NCBI GenBank assembly: GCA_030596605.1 | Contig: JAUVJI010000002.1 | Location: 2,904 to 66,903 of the forward strand | Direction: 5' to 3' | DNA: 64,000 nt | Source: Bacteroidales bacterium | GTDB taxonomy: Bacteria > Bacteroidota > Bacteroidia > Bacteroidales > JAADJA01 | Shown: positions 26,773 to 35,758 of the stretch, one piece after another | How positions within the stretch are numbered: the first letter of the stretch is position 1 | Layout of the letters: every line of letters starts with the position of its first letter | Program-made: the position numbers and the translations under genes | Notes under the pieces: model-generated | Seen by the model: the letters and a program-made list of their open reading frames with translations, nothing else | Database searches by the model: none | What the model was told of the DNA's origin: nothing

Positions 26773-26878
26773 GATAATCCGAAAGCCTGTAACAGGGGAT
26801 TTTCCCGTAGGACCCGAGGGGATTCCTACGGGAGATGGCTATGCCAAGATTCCCCATTTAAATCCCGTCCGGATTATC
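26773..26878. repeat. ~105-nt multi-stem palindromic element between P5 and P4
   Basis: Outer stem GATAATCCG (26773-26781) / CGGATTATC (26870-26878). Middle stem GGGGATTT / AAATCCCG. Inner perfect 10-bp hairpin TCCCGTAGGA (26803-26812) / TCCTACGGGA (26824-26833). Confidence 0.55.
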
Positions 26879-26933
26879 ATCTTCACTGCCCATAGCATAA
26901 ATCCGGACAAGCTGTATAGCAGAAAAAATTTAC

Positions 26934-26966
26934 ATAAAAAAAAGACCGGTCAAATTGACCGGCCTC
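26934..26966 (-). terminator. Intrinsic terminator of P5
   Basis: The minus strand reads GGCCGGTCAATTTGACCGGTC followed by a T-run, about 30 nt after the P5 stop. Confidence 0.65.
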
Positions 26967-26991
26967 TTTTAGTATATAGTTTCGTAAAATA

Positions 26992-28875
26992 TTATTCTAC
27001 GATCATCTTCTTGGTAACAGAAGTTTCACCGGCTTTTACTGTATAGAAATAAACGCCTGATGTTAGTTTTGTACCATCAATGATTATTTTGTTCATTCCC
27101 GGTTGTGCAACTCCTGCATCAACTGTCTGAACGATCTGTCCCATCATGTTCACAACTTCCAGTGATAAATTGGTAGTAGTACGAACATTTACCTGTACAG
27201 TTGAAGTACCGTTGAATGGATTAGGATAGTTTTGCATTACATCATAATCGTGTATTGCAGTGTTATCTTCAATACCTACCCATAATTCCATCTTGTCAAT
27301 TTTCATATACCTGATGTCGTTATTACCAAAAGGATCTTCATCACCCCTTACAGCCATTCCCGGCTCAGTATCGGTTTGGTAAACCAGGTAGAGATTGTCA
27401 TCAGTTGTGGATGCCACAGACGGGAAAACACACTCGTCGAAAATGTGGATCAGGTCGGACGTCAGATCAACAAAAGGACCCCAGAAATCGCCGTATCCTG
27501 AATAACGTCCCCACAAGTGACGATAACTTTGTGTACCGTTGTCATAAGTTTCAGTAACGGATGAAAATACCATATAAATATTGTTCACATCATCAATAAT
27601 GATTTGTGGCATACTTGAAAATCCTAAGTAATAAAGGCCCCAGTCATCAAGGACATCAATAGTTCCGTTATTATTTATATCCTGTGTCCATCCGATCAAA
27701 CTGTAATCGTCAACAAGCTCTGAATAAACACAATCAGAATAAGGACATAAAGCATTCATATCATTAGAGAAAGTAGGCCTGTTTTCGTTCCAGTAACCAA
27801 TTCCACCCACTCCGGGGAACCAGAAGCCACCTGCCCCATCACTATGGGCCCTGTTTATACCGAACACAACGTGTACCATACCGCTTTGGTCAAAAGCAAG
27901 GCCATGAGCGCCGTCAGAACAATAGAAGGTGTCTGTTGGATACATGGCATTGGGATCCCACATTGGATATGGGCACTCCCAGATAATAGTTTGTGACCAT
28001 GTGTCACCGCCATCAGTTGATTTTAAAAGGCCGAGATCAGTCCATGATTCACCATAAAGGATAGCAACGTTTTCGCCCTGTGCCTGAACTTCATAAGTGT
28101 CGCCTGCGAAGTGGAGGTAATTACTGCTGTTCACTTCATCAATAAGTATATCCTGCATATTCCAGGTGTCACCACCATCCGCTGACCTGGAATACAATAA
28201 TGCGCCATCAATTCCCTGGTAAATTGAACCGCCATTAGCTACAGGCCGGGTTAATGCAATTTGATGAACAACACTGTGATTAACACCACCGGTTGTCATC
28301 CTTGGCCAAACCATTTCGTTGCCTACCGGAGTTAAGTAATCAATAAATGTCCAGTCGCCTGAGCCTTTATCTGCCCTTCTGGAATAAGCCAGTCCATCAT
28401 AAGCAGCTCCGGAATAGTGTGCAAGGTTGATTTCACCATTTTCTCCCCATGCTGAATAAGCAGGCCATCCGGTACGGTCGGCTTCTAATTTTTCTGTTGG
28501 AATAGGCCCCCAGTCATTTCCGTCAAAATAGTTGTAGCCTGTACCACGGTCAGTTGCAAAGTTTGGAAAATCATAACCAATCGTCCAAACAGCGCCAACG
28601 GTACCATCATCATACACAAAAATCCTGTTTTGCATACTTGAATTGCTTTGCAAGTCATAAAAGGTAGTGCCAATAATATCTTCTTCAGGTGTAAGTAAAT
28701 CCTGAGAGGAATAAGGTAGCGCCTCGTGACTGAAATTATTAGTTTCAATTACGGGCTGAATTTTTTTAACTGCGAAATTTCGCAAGTCATTTGAAACTGT
28801 AGCCCTTTGCTGGGCAAATCCTGCCATAACAAATGCCAGGACAAAACTTAAAAGTAAAAGTCTTTTCATGATCAT
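26992..28875 (-). CDS. Asp-box (BNR) beta-propeller protein with T9SS CTD, paralog P5
   Basis: Signal peptide MIMKRLLLLSFVLAFVMAGFAQQ. Asp-boxes YSRSADGGDTW and LKSTDGGDTW. CTD YPNPFNGTSTV...GVYFYTVKAGETSVTKKMIVE, of the P1 type. Confidence 0.85.
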   Translation of the reverse strand: MIMKRLLLLSFVLAFVMAGFAQQRATVSNDLRNFAVKKIQPVIETNNFSHEALPYSSQDLLTPEEDIIGTTFYDLQSNSSMQNRIFVYDDGTVGAVWTIGYDFPNFATDRGTGYNYFDGNDWGPIPTEKLEADRTGWPAYSAWGENGEINLAHYSGAAYDGLAYSRRADKGSGDWTFIDYLTPVGNEMVWPRMTTGGVNHSVVHQIALTRPVANGGSIYQGIDGALLYSRSADGGDTWNMQDILIDEVNSSNYLHFAGDTYEVQAQGENVAILYGESWTDLGLLKSTDGGDTWSQTIIWECPYPMWDPNAMYPTDTFYCSDGAHGLAFDQSGMVHVVFGINRAHSDGAGGFWFPGVGGIGYWNENRPTFSNDMNALCPYSDCVYSELVDDYSLIGWTQDINNNGTIDVLDDWGLYYLGFSSMPQIIIDDVNNIYMVFSSVTETYDNGTQSYRHLWGRYSGYGDFWGPFVDLTSDLIHIFDECVFPSVASTTDDNLYLVYQTDTEPGMAVRGDEDPFGNNDIRYMKIDKMELWVGIEDNTAIHDYDVMQNYPNPFNGTSTVQVNVRTTTNLSLEVVNMMGQIVQTVDAGVAQPGMNKIIIDGTKLTSGVYFYTVKAGETSVTKKMIVE

Positions 28876-28983
28876 TTTTTTAAGGTTAGTAAATCTATGA
28901 TTAATTTAAAAAATTGTTTAGTAAACCTAAAATTTTACACAAAGAAACACAAATTTATTAAAAAAAAATATTTTACCAAGCCT

Positions 28984-29019
28984 AAATCAGTTAACGGTTG
29001 AAATAAATCAGTTAACGGT
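28984..29019 (-). promoter_or_regulatory. Candidate LytTR-type operator upstream of P5 (two exact 15-mers)
   Basis: AAATCAGTTAACGGT occurs at 28984-28998 and 29005-29019 on the plus strand. This is ACCGTTAACTGATTT twice on the gene strand, with starts 21 bp apart. The proximal copy ends 26 nt before TAAATTTG. Confidence 0.65.
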
Positions 29020-29212
29020 AAACTATAACGAATGCTAAATCAGGACTTAAAGTACAGGGTTATGGAAATGAAGGCAAAAAATAAACAGGTCGGTTGAATA
29101 CTATATAATAATATAAACAATATTTACCCATTCACCTTATGCGATATATAAATTACATACATCCAAACCTTAATAGTGCAAATAAAAAAGGTACATACAC
29201 TTTAATCTTATA

Positions 29213-30685
29213 ATGTCGTTATCTTTGCGATTAACTTATTGGAGAATTTATAATTTGGTGAAAAAAGTATACCTGTTAGTAATAAAATCTTACCTCGGGC
29301 CATTGGTCATGACCTTTTTTATATCATTGTTTATCCTTCTGATGCAATTTTTATGGAAGTATATTGATGATCTGGTGGGAAAAGGACTTGAATGGTACAT
29401 CATAGCAGAGCTTTTATTTTATGCATCATCTACTTTTGTTCCGCTAGCACTTCCACTGGCCATTTTGCTTTCATCACTAATGACTTTTGGGAATCTTGGT
29501 GAACATTATGAACTGGTTGCCATGAAGGCCGCCGGTATTTCATTAAGGAGAATTATGCTCCCGCTTATTATTATGTCAATTTTTATAAGTGGTATTGCCT
29601 TTTATTTTTCTAATAATGTACTACCCATTGCCAATTTGAAATTCAAATCATTACTTTATGATGTAAGGGAACAAAAACTTGCCCTGGATATTAAGGAGGG
29701 TGTTTTTTATACCGGAATTGATGGATTTGTCATCAGGGTTGGTAAAAAGGATAAAGACGACCAAACCATAAGGGATGTGATGATTTATGACCACAGGAGT
29801 AAAAAAGGAAATGTAAATTTAACTGTGGCTGATTCAGGAAGAATGGAACTTACTTCCGATGGTTTAAACCTAGTATTTATGCTTTACAATGGATTCAATT
29901 ATTTGGAAAAGACCGATCAGAAGAATTATAAAAAAACCAATCCTTATCAAAGAACTAAATTCAGAGAGGAAATACGTAAATTTAATTTGATGGACTTTGA
30001 ATTAGAACGAACTAACGAAGATCTCTTTAAGAGTAATTATTCAATGCTTAATTTGCGTCAGTTGAGGAATGCAGAAGATTCATTGATTGCCCAGATAAAC
30101 GAAAAAAAAGACAAAAACCCTGCTTCAACCCTGAATAAATTCAATTTCTATTCTAAAATAGATTCAAGTAAATTAGTAAGCTTTGAATCAGACAAACCTT
30201 ATATTACAGATCTATTACAAGAGTTTAAGGATTATGAAAAGGTTAATATCATTGAGGAGGCAACAAACAGGCTAAGAAGGGACCGACAAACTTTACAGAA
30301 TCATAAAACGGAAATCGAACTCAAAAAAAAGCTGGTTTTCAGGCATCAGGCTGAGTGGCACAGAAAATTTACTCTCTCATTTGCCTGCTTTGTCCTGTTT
30401 TTCATCGGCGCCCCCCTTGGCGCCATCATTCGACGAGGAGGATTAGGATTACCGGTTGTAGTTTCTGTATTATTTTTTGTATTGTTCCACATCATTTCAA
30501 TTACAGGCGAAAAATCTGTAAAATCGGGTGTAGTTGATGCAAACATAGGCATGTGGATCGCTCCGGTTGTCCTCTTGCCTTTAGGGATATTCCTTACAAT
30601 AAAAGCCACAACCGATTCACCAATTCTGGATGCTGACTCATGGATAAAGATGTATAGCAGGATTTTTAAAAAAAGAATGGATTGA
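29213..30685 (+). CDS. LptF/LptG (YjgP/YjgQ) family permease
   Basis: Family-typical N-terminus ...IKSYLGPLVMTFF...LMQFLW.YIDDLVGKGL and MKAAGISLRRIMLPLII. A large periplasmic loop is followed by C-terminal TM helices. The true start may be internal, near 29255-29270. Confidence 0.75.
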   Translation: MSLSLRLTYWRIYNLVKKVYLLVIKSYLGPLVMTFFISLFILLMQFLWKYIDDLVGKGLEWYIIAELLFYASSTFVPLALPLAILLSSLMTFGNLGEHYELVAMKAAGISLRRIMLPLIIMSIFISGIAFYFSNNVLPIANLKFKSLLYDVREQKLALDIKEGVFYTGIDGFVIRVGKKDKDDQTIRDVMIYDHRSKKGNVNLTVADSGRMELTSDGLNLVFMLYNGFNYLEKTDQKNYKKTNPYQRTKFREEIRKFNLMDFELERTNEDLFKSNYSMLNLRQLRNAEDSLIAQINEKKDKNPASTLNKFNFYSKIDSSKLVSFESDKPYITDLLQEFKDYEKVNIIEEATNRLRRDRQTLQNHKTEIELKKKLVFRHQAEWHRKFTLSFACFVLFFIGAPLGAIIRRGGLGLPVVVSVLFFVLFHIISITGEKSVKSGVVDANIGMWIAPVVLLPLGIFLTIKATTDSPILDADSWIKMYSRIFKKRMD

Positions 30686-31887
30686 TGAAAGTATTGTTTC
30701 TGTGCAATAAATCTCCATATCCACCCAGAGAAGGTGGCCCCATGGCAATGAATGCCAATATCGAGGGACTTATTAATACTGGTCACATAGTAAAAGTACT
30801 TGCCCTTAATACAAATAAATATTTTATCGACTCTAAGGAGATTCCCGGGAAGTATAAAAAAGAAACAGGTATTGAATTGATCTATAAAGATCTGTCTGTA
30901 AAACCAATTGAAGCATTTATAAACCTTTTCTCAAAAAAATCATATCACGTGGAAAGGTTCATTTCCAAAGAATTTGAAAATAAAATCATCGAAGTACTAT
31001 CCAGGAAAAATTTTGACATTGTACAATTGGAAATGCTTTACATGACTCCGTACATTGAAACAATAAGGAAATATTCAGATGCGAAAATAATCCTAAGATC
31101 ACACAATATCGAACACTTAATATGGAGCAGGATCACGTCTTCCACAAATAATCCATTTAAAAAAAAATACCTTGAACATTTAACGGGCAAACTAAAAGCG
31201 TATGAGTTGGCAACCATGAATAATGTCGACGGAATTGTTGCTATAAGCAATAAGGATGCTGATTATTATAAACAACAAGGTTGCCGGATTCCTGTTACGG
31301 ATATCCCATTTGGTGTTGATATTAGCAAATATAACTTGTCAGGTTCAGACTATGAGTTCCCTTCATTGTTTCATTTAGGTTCAATGAACTGGATGCCCAA
31401 CGAAGAAGGGATTAAATGGTTTTTGGATAATGTTTGGGATAGGATAAATAAAAAATTTCCCGTATTAAAATTTTATCTTGCCGGTAGAATGATGCCCTCC
31501 TGGCTGTTAAAAATAAATCTGGCCAATGTTGAAGTTCTGGGCGAGGTAGATAATGCAAAGAAATTTATTCAATCCAAAGGTGTTATGATTGTGCCATTGT
31601 TCTCAGGAAGTGGTATCAGGATAAAAATTATTGAAGGTATGGCATTGGGAAAAACTATTATTTCAACTAAAATCGGCGCTGAAGGAATTAACTACACGAA
31701 TGGAAAAAACATCATAATTGCCGATACACCGGATGAATTTCTCGATGCTATAGAAAAGTGTGTTCAAAATAAAGTGTATTGTGAACAACTTGGACAAAAT
31801 GCCAAAAAACTAATTGAACAAAATCACAATATTGAAAGTACTACTCAAAAACTAGTAGGTTTTTATAATAAGCTTTTGGAAAATTGA
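30682..31887 (+). CDS. Glycosyltransferase, GT4-like (group 1)
   Basis: GT-B C-terminal motif ...PLFSGSGIRIKIIEGMALGKTIISTKIGAEGI. The ATGA start/stop overlap with the permease gene suggests an operon. Confidence 0.75.
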   Translation: MMKVLFLCNKSPYPPREGGPMAMNANIEGLINTGHIVKVLALNTNKYFIDSKEIPGKYKKETGIELIYKDLSVKPIEAFINLFSKKSYHVERFISKEFENKIIEVLSRKNFDIVQLEMLYMTPYIETIRKYSDAKIILRSHNIEHLIWSRITSSTNNPFKKKYLEHLTGKLKAYELATMNNVDGIVAISNKDADYYKQQGCRIPVTDIPFGVDISKYNLSGSDYEFPSLFHLGSMNWMPNEEGIKWFLDNVWDRINKKFPVLKFYLAGRMMPSWLLKINLANVEVLGEVDNAKKFIQSKGVMIVPLFSGSGIRIKIIEGMALGKTIISTKIGAEGINYTNGKNIIIADTPDEFLDAIEKCVQNKVYCEQLGQNAKKLIEQNHNIESTTQKLVGFYNKLLEN

Positions 31888-31931
31888 CTTATTTTTGAGC
31901 CTTTCAATAATAACAAAGGTTTAACAGCTGC

Positions 31932-33098
31932 ATGAAAATTTTTGTACTTTTACCACGTTTCCCTTATCCCCTTGAAAAAGGCGATAAACTAAGGGCTTAC
32001 AACCAAATCAGGCAGCTTTCGGTAAAAAATGAAATTTTCCTTTGCACATTAAGTGACATTAAAATAAAACCCGAATATATTAAAGCATTAGAGCCTTATT
32101 GCAAATCAATCACCAATTTCAATATTTCGAAAATTTCTATAATCATCAATGTTTTTTTGGCCTTTTTTAATGGTAAACCATTCCAGGTTGGATATTTCTA
32201 CAATTCAGGCATTAATAAAAAGATTGACAAGTTGATATACAAAATACAACCCGACCATATTTATTGTCAACTCATTCGGGTTGCAGAGTATGTGAAGAAT
32301 AAAAAAATTCCAAAAACGCTTGATTACCAGGATGTTTTTTCAAAGGGTGTGGAACGAAGGCTCAAAACTTCTCCCTTTTATCTCAAACCGGTTTTAAAAT
32401 CAGAATATAAACGGCTATTAAAATATGAGGCCGATATATTTGATTATTTTGACAATAAAACCATCATATCCAAGCCCGATCGGGATCTTATTCAGCACAA
32501 GGATAAAGATGATATTAGGATTGTCATCAATGGAGTAGATACAGAATATTTTAAACCTATGGAAATTACCAAAGAATATGAGTTGGTATTCATCGGGAAT
32601 ATGGGTTATCCTCCAAATGTAAATGCTGCCGAATATTTGGCTAAAGAGATTTTACCCATTGTTCATAAGCAAAAGCCAAACATAAAGTTAGTATTGGCTG
32701 GGGCATCGCCACATGCTAAAGTTACAGCATTAAAATCCGACAATGTAGAAATAACAGGTTGGGTGGAGGATATCAGAGAATGTTATGCAAAAGCAAAAAT
32801 TTTTATTGCCCCTATGCAAATCGGCACAGGTTTGCAAAATAAGCTTTTGGAGGCCATGGCCATGAAAATTCCATGTATTACTTCGCCCTTAGCCAATGAA
32901 GCACTCGAAGCAAAAGATGGTGTAGAAATTTTGGTTGGAGCAACAACTGAAAATTTTGCCAATCACATCATTAATTTGCTTGATAAAAAAGAATTGGCAG
33001 AGGAACTGGCTTTGAATGGATATAATTTTGTCCATCGTAATTTTAACTGGACTGCCGCGACAAGTGAACTGGATAGATTAATGCAAACCAATGGTTAG
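31932..33098 (+). CDS. Glycosyltransferase, GT4-like (group 1)
   Basis: C-terminal motif ...APMQIGTGLQNKLLEAMAMKIPCITSPLANEAL. Same strand as, and adjacent to, the previous GT gene. Confidence 0.75.
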   Translation: MKIFVLLPRFPYPLEKGDKLRAYNQIRQLSVKNEIFLCTLSDIKIKPEYIKALEPYCKSITNFNISKISIIINVFLAFFNGKPFQVGYFYNSGINKKIDKLIYKIQPDHIYCQLIRVAEYVKNKKIPKTLDYQDVFSKGVERRLKTSPFYLKPVLKSEYKRLLKYEADIFDYFDNKTIISKPDRDLIQHKDKDDIRIVINGVDTEYFKPMEITKEYELVFIGNMGYPPNVNAAEYLAKEILPIVHKQKPNIKLVLAGASPHAKVTALKSDNVEITGWVEDIRECYAKAKIFIAPMQIGTGLQNKLLEAMAMKIPCITSPLANEALEAKDGVEILVGATTENFANHIINLLDKKELAEELALNGYNFVHRNFNWTAATSELDRLMQTNG

Positions 33099-33120
33099 TA
33101 TTATATTTAACCACTAAAGA

Positions 33121-33180
33121 TCACACATAATTCTCAGAGAACACAGAAGGTCTGTGCATATCCGTGGGTTCTGTGTGAAA
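33121..33180. repeat. Palindromic CACAGA-word element after the GT gene (same word family as 37378-37465)
   Basis: ...CAGAGAACACAGAAGGTCTGTGCATATCCGTGGGTTCTGTGTG. Its reverse complement CACACAGAACCCACGG resembles CACAAAGAGCCACGG at 37430-37444. Confidence 0.5.
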
Positions 33181-33214
33181 AAATAAACTCTAAATTCACA
33201 TCAATTTTTAACTG

Positions 33215-33397
33215 ATGAAAACTGTAATGTTGGTTTTAATAGGTTTGTCATTTTTAGGTTTTATTGTTGGCCTGGCAGGGAAAAGTGTGGCTGTAAAGAA
33301 AAAAACCCTTAAAAAAAGCGAAATTTATAACCGGATAACCATTCTTTTTCTAATTTTAATGTTTGCTTTTGCAATTACTTATTCATTTGTTAATTAA
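33215..33397 (+). CDS. Small two-TM membrane protein (hypothetical)
   Basis: 60-aa ORF with two hydrophobic helices flanking a KKKTLKKSE loop. It is intergenic, on the same strand as its neighbours, and has no recognised homology. Confidence 0.35.
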   Translation: MKTVMLVLIGLSFLGFIVGLAGKSVAVKKKTLKKSEIYNRITILFLILMFAFAITYSFVN

Positions 33398-33408
33398 TTT
33401 CAATCAAT

Positions 33409-33765
33409 ATGGATCAAACAAACCAGCAAGTAAGGGATGAGAGAATGTGGGGCATGTTTTGTCATTTAAGCGCTTTTGCCATGTATTTTATTCCATTTGG
33501 CAGTGTAATAGGGCCTTTGATTATCTGGTCCATCAAAAAAGATGAATTTCCTTTTGTCAATGAACAAGGAAAAGAAGCCCTGAATTTTCATATATCGATG
33601 ATCATTTACTATATCATTGCCGCAATTTTAATAATAATTGTCATTGGCATTGCACTACTGATCGCCCTATGGGTATTTCAAATGATTATGATAATTCTTG
33701 CCTCCATCAAAGCAAATAATGGAGAAACATTCAGGTACCCCCTTTCCATCAGGTTTATAAACTGA
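33409..33765 (+). CDS. DUF4870-like membrane protein
   Basis: MWGMFCHLSAFAMYFIPFGSVIGPLIIWSIKKDEFPFVNEQGKEALNFHIS is the characteristic DUF4870 signature. Confidence 0.7.
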   Translation: MDQTNQQVRDERMWGMFCHLSAFAMYFIPFGSVIGPLIIWSIKKDEFPFVNEQGKEALNFHISMIIYYIIAAILIIIVIGIALLIALWVFQMIMIILASIKANNGETFRYPLSIRFIN

Positions 33766-33838
33766 AAATTCGATTTTCCTAAAAAATAATTTCATTTACT
33801 TTTGCATCACTTATTAAGTTGAATTTTAGACTTTGAAG

Positions 33839-35209
33839 ATGGCTCAAAAACCTTCGATACCGAAAGGGACCCGCGATTTTTCTCCAACTGAAATGGTGAG
33901 GAGAAATTACATTTTTGATACAATTAAATCTGTTTTTCAGCTGTATGGCTATCTGCCCATTGAAACTCCGGCTATGGAGAATCTATCAACTTTATTGGGA
34001 AAATACGGTGAAGAAGGTGATAAGTTGTTATTCAGGATTTTAAATTCAGGAGATTATTTAAACAAAATTCCAAAAGAAAAATTCCAATCCCGATGGCTAT
34101 CGGGACCAAGTACAAGTGAAATATCACCCTTTATTTCGGAGAAAGGCCTGCGATATGATCTTACCGTACCATTTGCCCGTTATGTTGTTCAGCACAGAAA
34201 TGACATCACCTTTCCTTTCAAACGTTATCAAATACAGCCTGTCTGGCGCTCCGACCGGCCGCAAAAAGGGAGATACCGCGAATTTTATCAATGTGATGTG
34301 GATGTAATCGGAAGTGATTCCTTACTAAATGAAGTGGAGCAAATCCAAATTATTGATGAGGTTTTTAAGGAACTTGGTATCAAGGTTTCTATCAAAATAA
34401 ATAACCGAAAGATACTATACGGAATTGCTGAAGTAACAGGAGAAACAGATAAATTTAAAGATATTACTACAGCTATTGATAAATTAGATAAAATCGGAAT
34501 AAATGGTGTTACTCCTGAACTCCAAGCAAAAGGAATTTCTAATGACACTATTTATAAATTGATGTCAATACTTGACTCTGGTCCAGATAGAGTTTCATTA
34601 TCGCAATTTTATGATATTCTGAAAAACTCTGAAATAGGGATGAAAGGTGTTAATGAAATTCAAACTATTTTGGGTTATTGTGATGATTTGTTAATATCTA
34701 ATGAAATACGCTTTGTCCCAATTTTAGCTCGTGGACTTAATTACTATACAGGAACAATCATTGAAGTAACTGCAAATGATGTTAAAATGGGTAGCCTTTG
34801 CGGTGGAGGAAGGTATGATAACTTAACAGGCATCTTCGGGTTACCAAATGTTTCAGGAATGGGAGTATCTTTTGGCGCTGACAGGATTTATGATGTGATG
34901 CTCGAAAAAAACCTATTCCCTAAGGACACTCAGGAAACAACACAAGTGATGTTTGTTAACTTCGGTGAAAAAGAACAGAAATATTGTCTGCCACTGGTTC
35001 ATCAATTAAGATCATCTGGAATTAACGCGGAACTTTTCCCGGAATCTGCAAAACTTAAAAAGCAGATGAATTATGCCAACAATAAAAATATACCTTTTGT
35101 TGTGTTAGTGGGCGATAATGAAATGGAAGGAGATTATTTGACTGTTAAGAATATGAACTCAGGTGAGCAAAAACAAATGTCACTGGAAGAAATCATCGGC
35201 CAATTCTAA
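33839..35209 (+). CDS. hisS: Histidine--tRNA ligase
   Basis: [16 protein letters not shown]..., the class II motifs ([44 protein letters not shown]) and a C-terminal anticodon-binding domain. The ATG at 33839 is preferred over the TTG at 33833. Confidence 0.92.
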   Translation: MAQKPSIPKGTRDFSPTEMVRRNYIFDTIKSVFQLYGYLPIETPAMENLSTLLGKYGEEGDKLLFRILNSGDYLNKIPKEKFQSRWLSGPSTSEISPFISEKGLRYDLTVPFARYVVQHRNDITFPFKRYQIQPVWRSDRPQKGRYREFYQCDVDVIGSDSLLNEVEQIQIIDEVFKELGIKVSIKINNRKILYGIAEVTGETDKFKDITTAIDKLDKIGINGVTPELQAKGISNDTIYKLMSILDSGPDRVSLSQFYDILKNSEIGMKGVNEIQTILGYCDDLLISNEIRFVPILARGLNYYTGTIIEVTANDVKMGSLCGGGRYDNLTGIFGLPNVSGMGVSFGADRIYDVMLEKNLFPKDTQETTQVMFVNFGEKEQKYCLPLVHQLRSSGINAELFPESAKLKKQMNYANNKNIPFVVLVGDNEMEGDYLTVKNMNSGEQKQMSLEEIIGQF

Positions 35210-35538
35210 TCACTTTTAAATAATAGATCATAAACTCTTTTAATCGAATGATACATTTCGTCAGTTGAAATATACTTGCTAAACCTTTTATACTCCTTTC
35301 CTTCAAAAAATACCAGTATGGCCGGATTGGCAAAAACATGATATTGTGCAGGCATTTCAGGATGTTTTTTTGAATTAATCCAGTTCAATTTCATTTTCGG
35401 GAATTCATTATTAATAAGTGTTTCAACCTTTGGTCTGAGGCTGAGACAAGGAGGACAATCATCATTGTAGAAATAAAGAAGAAGTGCGTTTTCATTTTTT
35501 ATTAAAAATTGCAGTTCTGATAAATTTTCCGGAATCAT
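35206..35538 (-). CDS. Thioredoxin-fold protein (CPPC motif)
   Basis: 110 aa with [15 protein letters not shown] and the downstream thioredoxin-like ...[12 protein letters not shown]. Convergent with hisS with a 4-nt overlap. Confidence 0.7.
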   Translation of the reverse strand: MIPENLSELQFLIKNENALLLYFYNDDCPPCLSLRPKVETLINNEFPKMKLNWINSKKHPEMPAQYHVFANPAILVFFEGKEYKRFSKYISTDEMYHSIKRVYDLLFKSD

Positions 35539-35758
35539 TATAAATAAATTGCGAATAAACAGGGATTTATTAAAAATTTATACTTTTACCCCGAAAATTT
35601 TCAAAGGTATGATTAATTGGAATTTAAAATTCAAAATCAGCATCAATCGCACTGCACTCTTTAATTAAAACTTGCTCTTCTGCAGGGTTTTGCAGGAATA
35701 TAATTAACTTATCAAAATTAATAAATCTAAAGTCTAATATTTAAAATCTAAAATAAAA

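Noticed and set aside
26684-27046. 120-aa plus-strand ORF between P4 and P5
   Set aside because: It is composed of the palindromic element, the P5 terminator and the antisense of the P5 3-prime end. It has no coding-like features.
18632-28875. Calling the six propeller paralogs sialidases (GH33)
   Set aside because: Only two Asp-boxes are evident, and I could not find the FRIP/RIP motif or other catalytic signatures. The call is kept generic: Asp-box beta-propeller.
30346-30786. 146-aa minus-strand ORF
   Set aside because: It is antisense to the C-terminal TM region of the LptF/G-like permease and to the start of the GT gene. The plus-strand genes have clear family signatures.
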